From contig JBGAGQ010000073.1 in assembly GCA_044226625.1 (NCBI GenBank), forward strand, positions 1 to 30,130: a stretch of DNA of 30,130 nucleotides, in the 5' to 3' direction. The notes beneath the pieces were generated by a model. That model worked only from the letters and a program-made list of their open reading frames with translations. It was not told the origin of the DNA and did not search any database. Source of the stretch: Thermoanaerobaculia bacterium. GTDB lineage: Bacteria > Acidobacteriota > Thermoanaerobaculia > Multivoradales > UBA5704. This document shows positions 10,417 through 19,013 of this stretch, piece after piece (position 1 is the first letter of the stretch; each line of letters opens with the position of its first letter). Position numbers and translations under genes: made by a program.

Positions 10417-10590
10417 ACGGATTTCGCCTATCCAAGGGCACGCCTGAGTTTCTGTGCGCGCGGGGAAGTTCGGTAGGATCCCCCAGCCTACCCCTTGGGG
10501 TAGGGTAGGCGGTCGAAACGCCTCTGGTGGAGCTCGAACGACATCCAGCAAGGACCGAGGACGGGCGCATTTACAGGAGGACTGGTACAC

Positions 10591-10953
10591 ATGGCAAACA
10601 TCAAAGAGAGTCTGCAGAGCCTTGCCGAAATCGAGGGTTTCATCGGCGCCTGCCTCACCGACAGCAACAGCGGCATGATGATGGGTGCCGAAGGGGGAGG
10701 CACTCTCAACATGGAAACCGCGGCCGCCGGCAATACGGAGGTCGTCCGCGCCAAGCGCAAGACGATCGCCTCGCTCGGCCTCAAGGACAACATCGAGGAC
10801 ATCCTGATCACGCTGGGCCGGCAATACCACCTGATCCGCCCGCTGGCCACCCGCGAGGGCCTGTTCATCTACCTCGTGCTCGACAAGGGGCGTTCGAACC
10901 TCGCCTTGGCTCGCTTGCGCCTGGCCGACGCGGAGCGTGATCTCGTCGTTTGA
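10591..10953 (+). CDS. Roadblock/LC7 (MglB-like fold) protein
   Basis: Strong RBS CAGGAGG. GFIGACLTDSNSGMM, AAAGNTEVVRAK, IEDILITLGRQYHLIRP, LFIYLVLDK..NLALAR. Confidence 0.85.
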   Translation: MANIKESLQSLAEIEGFIGACLTDSNSGMMMGAEGGGTLNMETAAAGNTEVVRAKRKTIASLGLKDNIEDILITLGRQYHLIRPLATREGLFIYLVLDKGRSNLALARLRLADAERDLVV

Positions 10954-11004
10954 TCCGAGTGTCCGGACGCATTCCGGACGACTTACTAGGGAGGCAGCAT
11001 CGAC

Positions 11005-11373
11005 ATGGCGACTGAAAAAGACTACGCGGAGTTCTTCAACAAGATCGATGCCGAGATCTCGGGCCTGATCGCGGCTTCGGTCGTCGATCTCGAGTCGGGT
11101 ATGACGCTGGCCGTCCGCTCCAATCGGCAGGATTTCGATCTCTCGACGGCGAGCGCGTACAACAGCGAGATGGTCAAGATGAAGCTCAAGACCATCCAGG
11201 CGTTGGGACTTCGATCGGCGCTCGAGGACATGCTGCTCACGCTGTCCGACCAGATCCACCTGATCCGCTTGATCTCGCCCTCCGCATTCGTCTACATCGC
11301 CGTCGACAAAGCGAAGAGCAACCTCGCCATCGTTCGCACCGTGGTGGCGAAGCACGCCACGGCTCTCGCCTGA
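11005..11373 (+). CDS. Roadblock/LC7-like protein, more divergent paralog
   Basis: RBS GGGAGG. GLIAASVVDLESGMTL, ASAYNSEMVKMK, LEDMLLTLSDQIHLIR, FVYIAVDKAKSNLAIVR align to the preceding protein. Confidence 0.85.
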   Translation: MATEKDYAEFFNKIDAEISGLIAASVVDLESGMTLAVRSNRQDFDLSTASAYNSEMVKMKLKTIQALGLRSALEDMLLTLSDQIHLIRLISPSAFVYIAVDKAKSNLAIVRTVVAKHATALA

Positions 11374-11425
11374 CCTGAACGGGCGCCTGGCCGAGGGTGC
11401 CGGGCGCCGCTTTTCCCTTCCTCCC

Positions 11426-12904
11426 ATGGCGCGACTGGATTCCGAGCGAGAGTGTCTGGTCGTCCGCATCGTGTACGACGGCACGGCCTTGTCGGGCAAG
11501 ACCACGACGGTCAGGGCCCTCGGCGCGAGCCTCGTCCGCGACGTCGAAACCCCGGTCGAAGAAGCCGGGCGTACGCTCTATTTCGACTGGCTCGATTACA
11601 CGGGGGGGCGGTTCGACGGATTCCCGATCCGCTGCCAGATCGTCACCGTTCCCGGCCAGGCCGCGTTGGCCCGTCGTAGAGAGAAGCTGATCGAGGACGC
11701 CGACGCGGTCGTCTTCGTCGCCGACACCTCGGCCGACGGCTACGGGCCGAGCTTGGAGGCGTTGGGCGAAGCGATCGGCCACCTGGGACGGCGGAGCCCG
11801 CCGGTCGGCTTGGTCGTCCAGGCGAACCAGCGCGACCGCGCCGACGCCGTGCCGATCGAGACCGTGCGCGCCGATTGCGCAGCCCTTTCCAAGACCCTCG
11901 CGGTGACCGAATCGTCGGCGTTGACCGGATACGGGGTGCGCGAGACGTTCGTCCTCGCCGTGCGTCTGGCGCTCGACCGGGTGCGCGAGCTCAAAGGGGA
12001 GCGCCAGCTCGAGGTCGGGCGCCCGGACGTGGACGACGCGGTCCAGCTGCTCGCCGCCCTGCGGGCGGCCGATGCCTCGGCGGGCGCTTCCGACGCCCCG
12101 GGGATCGCGGAGAGGACGCCGGAGACCTGGGAGCGGCGGAAGACGCCGCGTCCGGCGTCCGAGGGGTCGTTTCCGCGCAACGCGCCATGGCCTCCCGACG
12201 CCTCCGTGCCGAGCGGCCTGATCTGGCCGCCGATGACCGGGCGGATGATCCTGCACGATTGGACCGAGCGCTCGATCGTGCCGATCCGCCTGGGCGACGG
12301 CTCCTGGGGCTACGAGGAGCCGGCCTGGCGCCTCCGTTCGGATCTCGAGGACCTGTATTTCGATTTCGACGAGGGGCGCGCCGCGCTGATCGAATGGGCC
12401 CGGCACCACGCCGCGCTCGGATCTCTCCTCTCCTCCCGTCGCGCGATCGTCCTCGCCCGTGCCGCGCCCGGTGCCTGGCGTCTTTGGCAGTTGGTCGCCC
12501 GCCTCCCCTCGCTCGAGGCGGAAGTCGCCGAGGCGATCGCGGGGGGCGCCACCCGGGCGATCGCGAGCTCCCTGCTGGGGGCCGCCAAGAAATGCCTCGA
12601 TTTCGAGGGCCGGTTCGCCGGCACTCCGATCGGCGGCCGAGCCTCCCTCGCCGATGTCGTGATCGAGGACGGCACGGCGGTCTTCGGCGGCCTCTTCCCT
12701 CGCCTCGGGCAGCTCGAAGAGCGGTCGGAGACGTCGGCGGGCGAGATCCTTCGCCGCTATCTCGGCGAGATCGTGAAGCGCTTCGTCGTCGCCGCGGAGC
12801 GGGAGAAGGGTCTCGAGGTTACGGTCGGGATCCGCCGGCTCGCCGAGCAGCGCGGTTGGCCCGGTATCGGCGAAGTCCTCTGCCGCCTCTTTCCGTCCGC
12901 CTGA
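11426..12904 (+). CDS. mglA: MglA-like small GTPase with ~300-aa C-terminal extension
   Basis: IVYDGTALSGKTT (G1), RTLYFD (G2), TVPGQ (G3), DAVVFVAD, NQRD (variant G4), SALTGYGVRETF (G5). These are the MglA-family motifs, followed by a linker and an unassigned domain. Confidence 0.85.
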   Translation: MARLDSERECLVVRIVYDGTALSGKTTTVRALGASLVRDVETPVEEAGRTLYFDWLDYTGGRFDGFPIRCQIVTVPGQAALARRREKLIEDADAVVFVADTSADGYGPSLEALGEAIGHLGRRSPPVGLVVQANQRDRADAVPIETVRADCAALSKTLAVTESSALTGYGVRETFVLAVRLALDRVRELKGERQLEVGRPDVDDAVQLLAALRAADASAGASDAPGIAERTPETWERRKTPRPASEGSFPRNAPWPPDASVPSGLIWPPMTGRMILHDWTERSIVPIRLGDGSWGYEEPAWRLRSDLEDLYFDFDEGRAALIEWARHHAALGSLLSSRRAIVLARAAPGAWRLWQLVARLPSLEAEVAEAIAGGATRAIASSLLGAAKKCLDFEGRFAGTPIGGRASLADVVIEDGTAVFGGLFPRLGQLEERSETSAGEILRRYLGEIVKRFVVAAEREKGLEVTVGIRRLAEQRGWPGIGEVLCRLFPSA

Positions 12905-13001
12905 GGGCAACTCTTACAAACGTTCTGGGGTGGGCACGGATTTTTTGCCCCCGTCCGGCCCGGATTCGGCCCTCGTCGCGGCCGGAACCGGGGCATTTTG
13001 C

Positions 13002-13019
13002 CGGGCATAGAACGTGCTC
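13002..13019 (+). promoter_or_regulatory. Sigma54 -24/-12 promoter candidate for the chemosensory operon
   Basis: CGGGCATAGAACGTGCTC: GG(13004-05)-N10-GC(13016-17). Shares GGCA...CGTGCT with the 10401 site. Confidence 0.55.
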
Positions 13020-13083
13020 TGTCGATGGGTAGCACCTTCAATGCGCTGCCGTTCGTGGTTGTGATCGCGGGGGATCTCCAGGC

Positions 13084-13236
13084 ATGGACCCATCGGTGAA
13101 AAAGAACTGGATCGAGGTTCAGAAGCGGTACGCCTTTCCGGTCAACGCGATCGGCCTGCGGATCGATCCGAAGGACGATTTCACGATGAAGGTCTGGCGC
13201 GCCGAGGGGCTCGATCAGTATCTGAAGAAGGATTGA
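13084..13236 (+). CDS. 50-aa small protein of unknown function
   Basis: MDPSVKKNWIEVQKRYAFPVNAIGLRIDPKDDFTMKVWRAEGLDQYLKKD*. GC3-biased codons and protein-like composition. Fills the gap between the promoter and the next gene; below the ORF-track size cut-off. Confidence 0.75.
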   Translation: MDPSVKKNWIEVQKRYAFPVNAIGLRIDPKDDFTMKVWRAEGLDQYLKKD

Positions 13237-13273
13237 TCGCGTCGCCGCGAGAGGTCCGAGAGAACGGAACCGA

Positions 13274-14575
13274 GTGGTCAAAGAGAGCGTGGGATTTCTC
13301 GAGGAGGCGGTTCAGGCCGCGAAGCGAGGCGACTCGGGCGGCGCGCGGAGCCTTCTGCTCCGGGCGAGCGAGAGCGAGCCGGACAACGAGCTGATCTGGC
13401 TCTGGCTCGCGCACCTGTCGACCTCGCCCGCCGACAAGACGAGCTACCTGCGCCGGGTCCTGGCGATCCATCCCGGCCACGAGGTCGCCCGCGCCGAGCT
13501 CGCCGACGTCCTGCGCGCCGAGGGGGTCGCCCTGGCCCGGGCGGGCTCGCGACGGCGCGCCCGCGAGCTGCTCGAAGGCTCTCTCGCGCTCGACGAGGGG
13601 AAAGAGGATTCCTGGCTCTGGCTCGCGGCGGTCGCCGAAACCCGGGAAGAGCGCCGCCGGTGCCTCAAGAAGGTGCTCGAGATCAATCCGCGCCACCGCC
13701 ACGCCCTCGCCCTGCTCGATCTGCCGGAGCTGCGCGATCCCACGAAGCCGGCCGCTCCGGGCGCCGAGACGCCGAACGCCGAGCCGAGCGGGTCGGCCGC
13801 CCCGAGCGGATCGTTCGCGCCGAAACGCTGCCCGTTGTGTCGCGGCGTCGGCTTCACCGGCGAGCGCTGCTCCTGGTGTCGGGCGCATTTCTCGCTCGGC
13901 GACCTGCGCGCGTTGGTGCGCAATGCCGAGGTCGATCGCGACCTGGTGGCCGCGGGGCTCCGCCGCCTCGCCGGCCTGCCGGGGGGCGCGGAGAATTTCG
14001 ACGTGCAGTTCGTCCTCGGCCTCGGGTACCTGAACCTCGGCCGGCTCGACGAGGGGATCCACGCGCTGGAAGGCGCGAGCCGGTTGCGCCCGGGGGACGG
14101 CCTGATCGCGACCCAGCTCGACGTCCTCAAGCTCTGGCGCCGGGGCAAGCCGACGTCCAAGCCCGTTCGCCGCGGCCGCGTGCTGGCGGTCGACGACAGC
14201 CCGACGGTGCTCAAGCTGGTGGCGAGCAGCCTGGAGCCGCACGGCTTCGAGGTCGAGGCGGCCGCGGCGGGCCTCGAGGCGCTCGCCCGCCTGCGCGAAG
14301 CCAAGCCGGATCTGGTCCTGCTCGACATCAACCTGCCGGGCATGGACGGCTATCAGGTCTGCAAGATCATCAAGTCCGATCCCGTCCTCAAGTCGGTGCC
14401 GGTGGTCTTCCTGTCCGGGCGCGGAGGGCTGTTCGATCGCATGCGCGGCCGGCTCGCCGGATCTTCGGACCACGTCCAGAAGCCCTTCGAGCCGCAGGCG
14501 CTGCTCGAGCTCGTCGAGCGCTTCGTCGCCGCGGGACGCGAGCCGGGCGCCGCGGGAGCCGCGCGGACGGCTTGA
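13274..14575 (+). CDS. TPR repeats + CxxC/CxxC zinc ribbon + TPR + PilG-like receiver
   Basis: Two WLWLA-type TPR repeats and CPLC..CSWC. C-terminal REC VLAVDDS, LLDINLPGMDGY, GGLFDRMRGRLAGSSDHVQKPF resembles the PilG GLFDxARGRxxG signature. Confidence 0.88.
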   Translation: MVKESVGFLEEAVQAAKRGDSGGARSLLLRASESEPDNELIWLWLAHLSTSPADKTSYLRRVLAIHPGHEVARAELADVLRAEGVALARAGSRRRARELLEGSLALDEGKEDSWLWLAAVAETREERRRCLKKVLEINPRHRHALALLDLPELRDPTKPAAPGAETPNAEPSGSAAPSGSFAPKRCPLCRGVGFTGERCSWCRAHFSLGDLRALVRNAEVDRDLVAAGLRRLAGLPGGAENFDVQFVLGLGYLNLGRLDEGIHALEGASRLRPGDGLIATQLDVLKLWRRGKPTSKPVRRGRVLAVDDSPTVLKLVASSLEPHGFEVEAAAAGLEALARLREAKPDLVLLDINLPGMDGYQVCKIIKSDPVLKSVPVVFLSGRGGLFDRMRGRLAGSSDHVQKPFEPQALLELVERFVAAGREPGAAGAARTA

Positions 14576-14661
14576 CGCGCCGTCGCAAGAAACCGGTTAC
14601 ATCGCAATCGCTGCAAAAATTGAAACACGTTTCGAGAAACACGTCCGAAAGGAAAAGACCG

Positions 14662-15027
14662 ATGCCGAGCGGAAAGATTCTGGTGGTCGAGGACAGCCCG
14701 ACCGAAATGACCCTGGCCACGTCCGCGCTTCAGGGGCGCGGTTATCGGATCGCCACCGCGGCGGACGGCGAGGAGGCGCTGAAGAAGATCCAGGACGACC
14801 GGCCCGACCTGGTCCTGCTCGACGTCGTCCTGCCCGGGAAGAACGGATTTCAGATCTGCCGTGAGATCAAGTCGAAAGCCGAAACCAAGGCGATCAAGGT
14901 CGTGCTCGTGACCAGCAAGAACCAGGAGTCCGATCGGTTCTGGGGCATGAAGCAAGGGGCCGACGAATATCTGACCAAGCCGTATTCGAACGACGACCTG
15001 CTGGCCCTCGTGTCTCGGCAGATCTGA
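14662..15027 (+). CDS. pilH: Single-domain CheY-like response regulator, PilH-like
   Basis: ILVVEDSPTE, LLDVVLPGKNGFQICR, TSKNQESDRFWGMKQGADEYLTKP (PilH signature). RBS AAGGA. Confidence 0.88.
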   Translation: MPSGKILVVEDSPTEMTLATSALQGRGYRIATAADGEEALKKIQDDRPDLVLLDVVLPGKNGFQICREIKSKAETKAIKVVLVTSKNQESDRFWGMKQGADEYLTKPYSNDDLLALVSRQI

Positions 15028-15063
15028 TCGCGCGACGGACCGCGGCGGCGAAGGGAAAAGGAT

Positions 15064-15765
15064 TTGGACGGCGAGCCCGGCAACGGCGATCGAACGAACG
15101 AGCCCGAAGCGGCCGAGCCGCGCGGCTCCGGGGCGGAGCCTGCCCGCGCCGTGCCGCTCGAGGAGTGGATCGGCCGCCTGGAGGCCGATCTCGAGCGCGA
15201 CCGAGCGGGCTCGGCGGTGGAGCGGGGACCGGCCGCGGCGCCGCGCGCCCCGGCGCGGCGCGGCGCGAGCGCCGGGCGGTCGGTGCTCTTCGACCTCGGC
15301 GGAACGCGTTCGGCGCTCCCCATCGACCGGGTCTTCGAGGTGGGCGAGGTGCCGAAGATCACGCCGGTGCCGAACGTCCCCCGCTGGCTCGCGGGAGTCG
15401 TCAACCTGCGCGGCGACGTCCTCGCCGTGGTCGACCTGCGGGCGCTGGTGGGGCTGTCGCCGTTCGATCGCGAGAGCCGGCCGGGGCGACTCCTGGTGGT
15501 GCGCTCCGCGCCGGGCGCCGACGGCGAGGTCGCCGCGGGGCTCTGGGTCGACGCCGTGCTCGGCGTCGCCGAGCTTTCGCCCTCCGATCTCGCGCCGCCC
15601 GAAGGGCCGCTCGACGACGCGCTCGCGGCGCTGGTCGAAGGGGTGACCGTGCGCGACGGCCGGATGATCGCGGCGCTCGACCTCGACGCCCTGCTCGCGC
15701 ATCCGGAGCTGGCGCGGCTGCGCTCGGAAGGCGCGCCGCGAGGCTCCTCGCGAGCGAGATTTTGA
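15064..15765 (+). CDS. cheW: CheW-family coupling protein (PilI-like) with low-complexity N-terminal extension
   Basis: ITPVPNVPRWLAGVVNLRGDVLAVVDL, GLWVDAVLG, LDLDALL. Start codon (TTG) uncertain. Confidence 0.9.
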   Translation: MDGEPGNGDRTNEPEAAEPRGSGAEPARAVPLEEWIGRLEADLERDRAGSAVERGPAAAPRAPARRGASAGRSVLFDLGGTRSALPIDRVFEVGEVPKITPVPNVPRWLAGVVNLRGDVLAVVDLRALVGLSPFDRESRPGRLLVVRSAPGADGEVAAGLWVDAVLGVAELSPSDLAPPEGPLDDALAALVEGVTVRDGRMIAALDLDALLAHPELARLRSEGAPRGSSRARF

Positions 15766-15874
15766 GACATGAACTCGAACGTTTCGTTTCCTGCTGGGTT
15801 GAGGCGTACCGCAGCACGCCGGACGCCGATGGAGCTTGCGTAGACCAGCCGGGTAGACCTAGGGAAGGACGGTC

Positions 15875-18052
15875 ATGCTGAAGAATTGGAAGATTTGGCA
15901 GAAGTTGACGGCGATCGCGGTGACGATGGGTCTGATGATCCCGGTGCTGCTCTACCTCGCGGTCTCCACCCGCAACCAGGACATCGAGTTCGCGCGGAAA
16001 GAAAACGTCGGCGGCGAGTTCCTCAAGCCGCTCACCCTCCTGTTCGCCAAGCTTCCCGAACACCGCGGCCGAACGAACACGCTGCTCTCTGGCGATGCGG
16101 GCCAGCGGGAGGAGATCACCGCGGTCCGGGTGGAGATCGACCGGGATTTCGAGGCCCTGGCGGCGGTCGACCGCGTGGCGGGTAAGACGCTCGGAGCCAC
16201 CGAGGCGCTCGCCACGATTCGCCAAGGGTGGGAGGCCCTCAAATCCGGCGGCGAGCGGATGACCTCGGATCAAAACTTTGCCGCCCACACCCAACTCATC
16301 GCTAAGGTCTCGACGCTGATCGAAGACGTCGGCGACAGCTCGAACATCCGGCTCGATCCGGTTCGTGACACGTACTACCTGGGTGAGATCGTCCTGCTCT
16401 GGGGGCCTCGAGCGATCGAGAACCGGGGCCAGCTGCGCGGTCGAGCCGGTGGCGTGGTGGCGCGCGGCCGGGTAACGACCGACGAGGCGGCGGAGCTCAG
16501 CTTGTTGATCGCCCAGCTGAACTCGTCGAGCGCGCCGGTCGAGCGCGCCGTCCGGTTGGTCGTCGAGGACAACCCGGACTTCGCCGAAAAGGCCAACGGC
16601 CTCGCCAAAGACGCGGAGGAAAAGACCCGGGCCTTCGCCCAAATGGTGCAGAACCGGATCCTTCGGGTCGCCGCGCCCACCGTTTCGACCAACGAGCTGT
16701 TTGCGGCCGGAAACGCCGCCGTCGACTCCCAGGCCGCTCTGTCCAACGCCATGGTCGACCGGCTCCAGATCGAGCTCGGTGACCGCGTTGCGACCCTCAC
16801 TCGCGCTCGCAATCTCTTGATCGCCGGCAGCCTCGCCTCCGCGCTCCTCGCGATCTTCCTGGTCGCCTACGTGACGGGTTTGATCACGCGCCAGGTCAAC
16901 GCCATCTCGAGCATGTTCCAGCACATCGGCATCGGCGATTTCGGCGCCCGCGCCCAGGCCTACTCGAACGACGAGCTGGGCGTGACGGCGGCTTCGATCA
17001 ACGCCGTCTTGGACAACACGATCGCCCTGATGCAGTCGCGCGACGAGCGCGACCGGATCCAAAGCAGCATCATGAAGCTGCTCGACGAGATCAGCGGCCT
17101 GGCCGAGGGCGACCTCTCGCGCGAAGCGGAGGTCACTGCGGACCTCACCGGCGCGATCGCAGACGCGTTCAACACGGTCACCGGCCAGCTGCGCGAGATC
17201 ATCGGCAACGTCCAAGAGACGACTCTCCAGGTCAGCTCGGCGGCGAGCGAGATCCAGACCACGACGGAGCATCTGGCCGACGGCTCGGAGTCGCAGTCCG
17301 GCCAGATCGTCGACACCTCCGCGGCGGTCGACGAGATCGCGCTCTCGATTCAACAGGTATCGGAGAACGCGACCTCGGCGGCGGGCGTCGCCGACCTCGC
17401 CCTTTCGGCCGCCCGGCAGGGCGCCGACGCGGTGTCCCGGACGGTCGACGGGATGAACGGCATCCGCGTGCAGGTACAGGAGTCCGCCAAGCGCATCAAG
17501 CGACTGGGCGAAAGCTCCCAGGAGATCGGCGAGATCGTCCAGCTGATCGGCGACATCGCCGACCGAACCAGCATCCTGGCGCTCAACGCCTCGATCCAGG
17601 CCGCGATGGCCGGCGAGGCGGGGCGCGGATTCGCGGTCGTCGCCGAAGAGGTCGAGCGCCTCGCGGTCCGCTCCGCCGATGCCACCAAGCGGATCGGCTC
17701 GCTGATCCGCACGGTCCAGAGCGAGACCCACGAAGCGGTGCGCGCGATGGAGGACACGACGCGCGAAGTGGTCTCGGGCTCCGGCCTCGCGAACGCCGCG
17801 GGCCAGGCGCTCGGCGAGATCCAGTCGGTCTCGGGCCGCCTCGCCGAGCTGATCCAGTCGATCTCGATGGCGGCCAAGCAGCAGGCACGCGGCTCGGATT
17901 CCGTGGCCAAAGCGATGGGCGACATCTCGGAGAACACGCAGCAGACCGCCGCGGGCACCAAGCAGGTGGCGGTGTCGATCAAGAACCTGGCCGAGCTCGC
18001 CGACAACCTGCGCGAGTCGGTGGCGGCGTTCCGCCTGCCGGCCCGGGGCTGA
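15875..18052 (+). CDS. Methyl-accepting chemotaxis protein, PilJ-like (2 TM, helical periplasmic sensor, 2 HAMP)
   Basis: [37 protein letters not shown] hairpin. [32 protein letters not shown] and [18 protein letters not shown] are PilJ-type. No C-terminal pentapeptide. Confidence 0.95.
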   Translation: MLKNWKIWQKLTAIAVTMGLMIPVLLYLAVSTRNQDIEFARKENVGGEFLKPLTLLFAKLPEHRGRTNTLLSGDAGQREEITAVRVEIDRDFEALAAVDRVAGKTLGATEALATIRQGWEALKSGGERMTSDQNFAAHTQLIAKVSTLIEDVGDSSNIRLDPVRDTYYLGEIVLLWGPRAIENRGQLRGRAGGVVARGRVTTDEAAELSLLIAQLNSSSAPVERAVRLVVEDNPDFAEKANGLAKDAEEKTRAFAQMVQNRILRVAAPTVSTNELFAAGNAAVDSQAALSNAMVDRLQIELGDRVATLTRARNLLIAGSLASALLAIFLVAYVTGLITRQVNAISSMFQHIGIGDFGARAQAYSNDELGVTAASINAVLDNTIALMQSRDERDRIQSSIMKLLDEISGLAEGDLSREAEVTADLTGAIADAFNTVTGQLREIIGNVQETTLQVSSAASEIQTTTEHLADGSESQSGQIVDTSAAVDEIALSIQQVSENATSAAGVADLALSAARQGADAVSRTVDGMNGIRVQVQESAKRIKRLGESSQEIGEIVQLIGDIADRTSILALNASIQAAMAGEAGRGFAVVAEEVERLAVRSADATKRIGSLIRTVQSETHEAVRAMEDTTREVVSGSGLANAAGQALGEIQSVSGRLAELIQSISMAAKQQARGSDSVAKAMGDISENTQQTAAGTKQVAVSIKNLAELADNLRESVAAFRLPARG

Positions 18053-18074
18053 GGGCTAGCGGAGCAGGGGTTCG

Positions 18075-19013
18075 ATGATGCGTGGGTCGATGGACATCGA
18101 TCGGCCGGAGCTTTTGCTCCACGAGGCCGCGCTGTGGCGCTCGGCGATCGCCGGGCGCTGCGGGCTCGACTTCGGCGAGGGGCGGGAAAAGAGCCTCTCG
18201 CGCGGCCTGTGGGGCCGGGCGCGCGAGGTGGGCGTCAGCTCGTACGCCGAATACCGGCGCTACCTCGCCGCCGACGGTCGCGAGTGGCAGCGCCTGATCG
18301 AGCGGCTGGTCAATCACGAAACCCGCTTCTGGCGCCACGCGCCCTCCTTCGAATACCTCACCGAGGTGGCGCTGCCGACGCTGCGGCGGGAGCGGGCGCA
18401 GCGAGGGGATTTGCGGCCGATCGTCCTCTGGAGCGCCGGCTGCTCGACCGGCGACGAGGCGTACTCCCTCGCGATGGCGGGCCTGGCGGGGGCACCGGTT
18501 CTGGCGCCGGGAGGGAAGGCTCCTTCGTCCGGGGCGGTGCGTGTCCTCGGCACCGATCTTTCGGAAGCCGCGATCGAGCGCGCCCGCGCCGGCCGCTACG
18601 CCGAGCGTTCGGTCGCGTCGTTGCCGCCCGGCTTCGCGCGCCGATTCCTGATCGAGACGAAAGAGGCGGAAGGGGGCGATCGCCGGCGTCCTTTCGCGGT
18701 CCGCCCCGAAGTGCGCGCGGTGACCTCGTTTTGGTGCGCGAGCTTGGTCGCGTCCGGGGGAGAGGGCGTGCCGGCCGAGCCGGTCGACGTGATCTATTGC
18801 CAGAACGTCCTGCTTTATTTCCAACCCGAGGTGCGCCTCGACGTGGTTCGCCGCCTGGCGCGGCGTCTCGCGCCGGGCGGCTATCTGATTCTCGCCCCGG
18901 GCGAGATCGTCGGTCTCCGCCTGCCGGAGCTCGAAGGTCCGCGCTCCTCGTCGGCCGCGGTTTACCGGCGGGTCTCGTCGTCCGAGGCCGTACGAGCCGC
19001 GGAGGAGAGCTGA
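18075..19013 (+). CDS. cheR: Chemotaxis methyltransferase CheR (PilK-like)
   Basis: NHETRFWRH, WSAGCSTGDEAYSLA, GTDLS, DVIYCQNVLLYF, LAPGGYL. Confidence 0.93.
   Translation: MMRGSMDIDRPELLLHEAALWRSAIAGRCGLDFGEGREKSLSRGLWGRAREVGVSSYAEYRRYLAADGREWQRLIERLVNHETRFWRHAPSFEYLTEVALPTLRRERAQRGDLRPIVLWSAGCSTGDEAYSLAMAGLAGAPVLAPGGKAPSSGAVRVLGTDLSEAAIERARAGRYAERSVASLPPGFARRFLIETKEAEGGDRRRPFAVRPEVRAVTSFWCASLVASGGEGVPAEPVDVIYCQNVLLYFQPEVRLDVVRRLARRLAPGGYLILAPGEIVGLRLPELEGPRSSSAAVYRRVSSSEAVRAAEES

Noticed and set aside
12931-12950. TGGGCACGGATTTTTTGC as a sigma54 promoter
   Set aside because: GG-to-GC spacing is 12 nt rather than the required 10. It may simply be a GGGCA/TGCCC hairpin.
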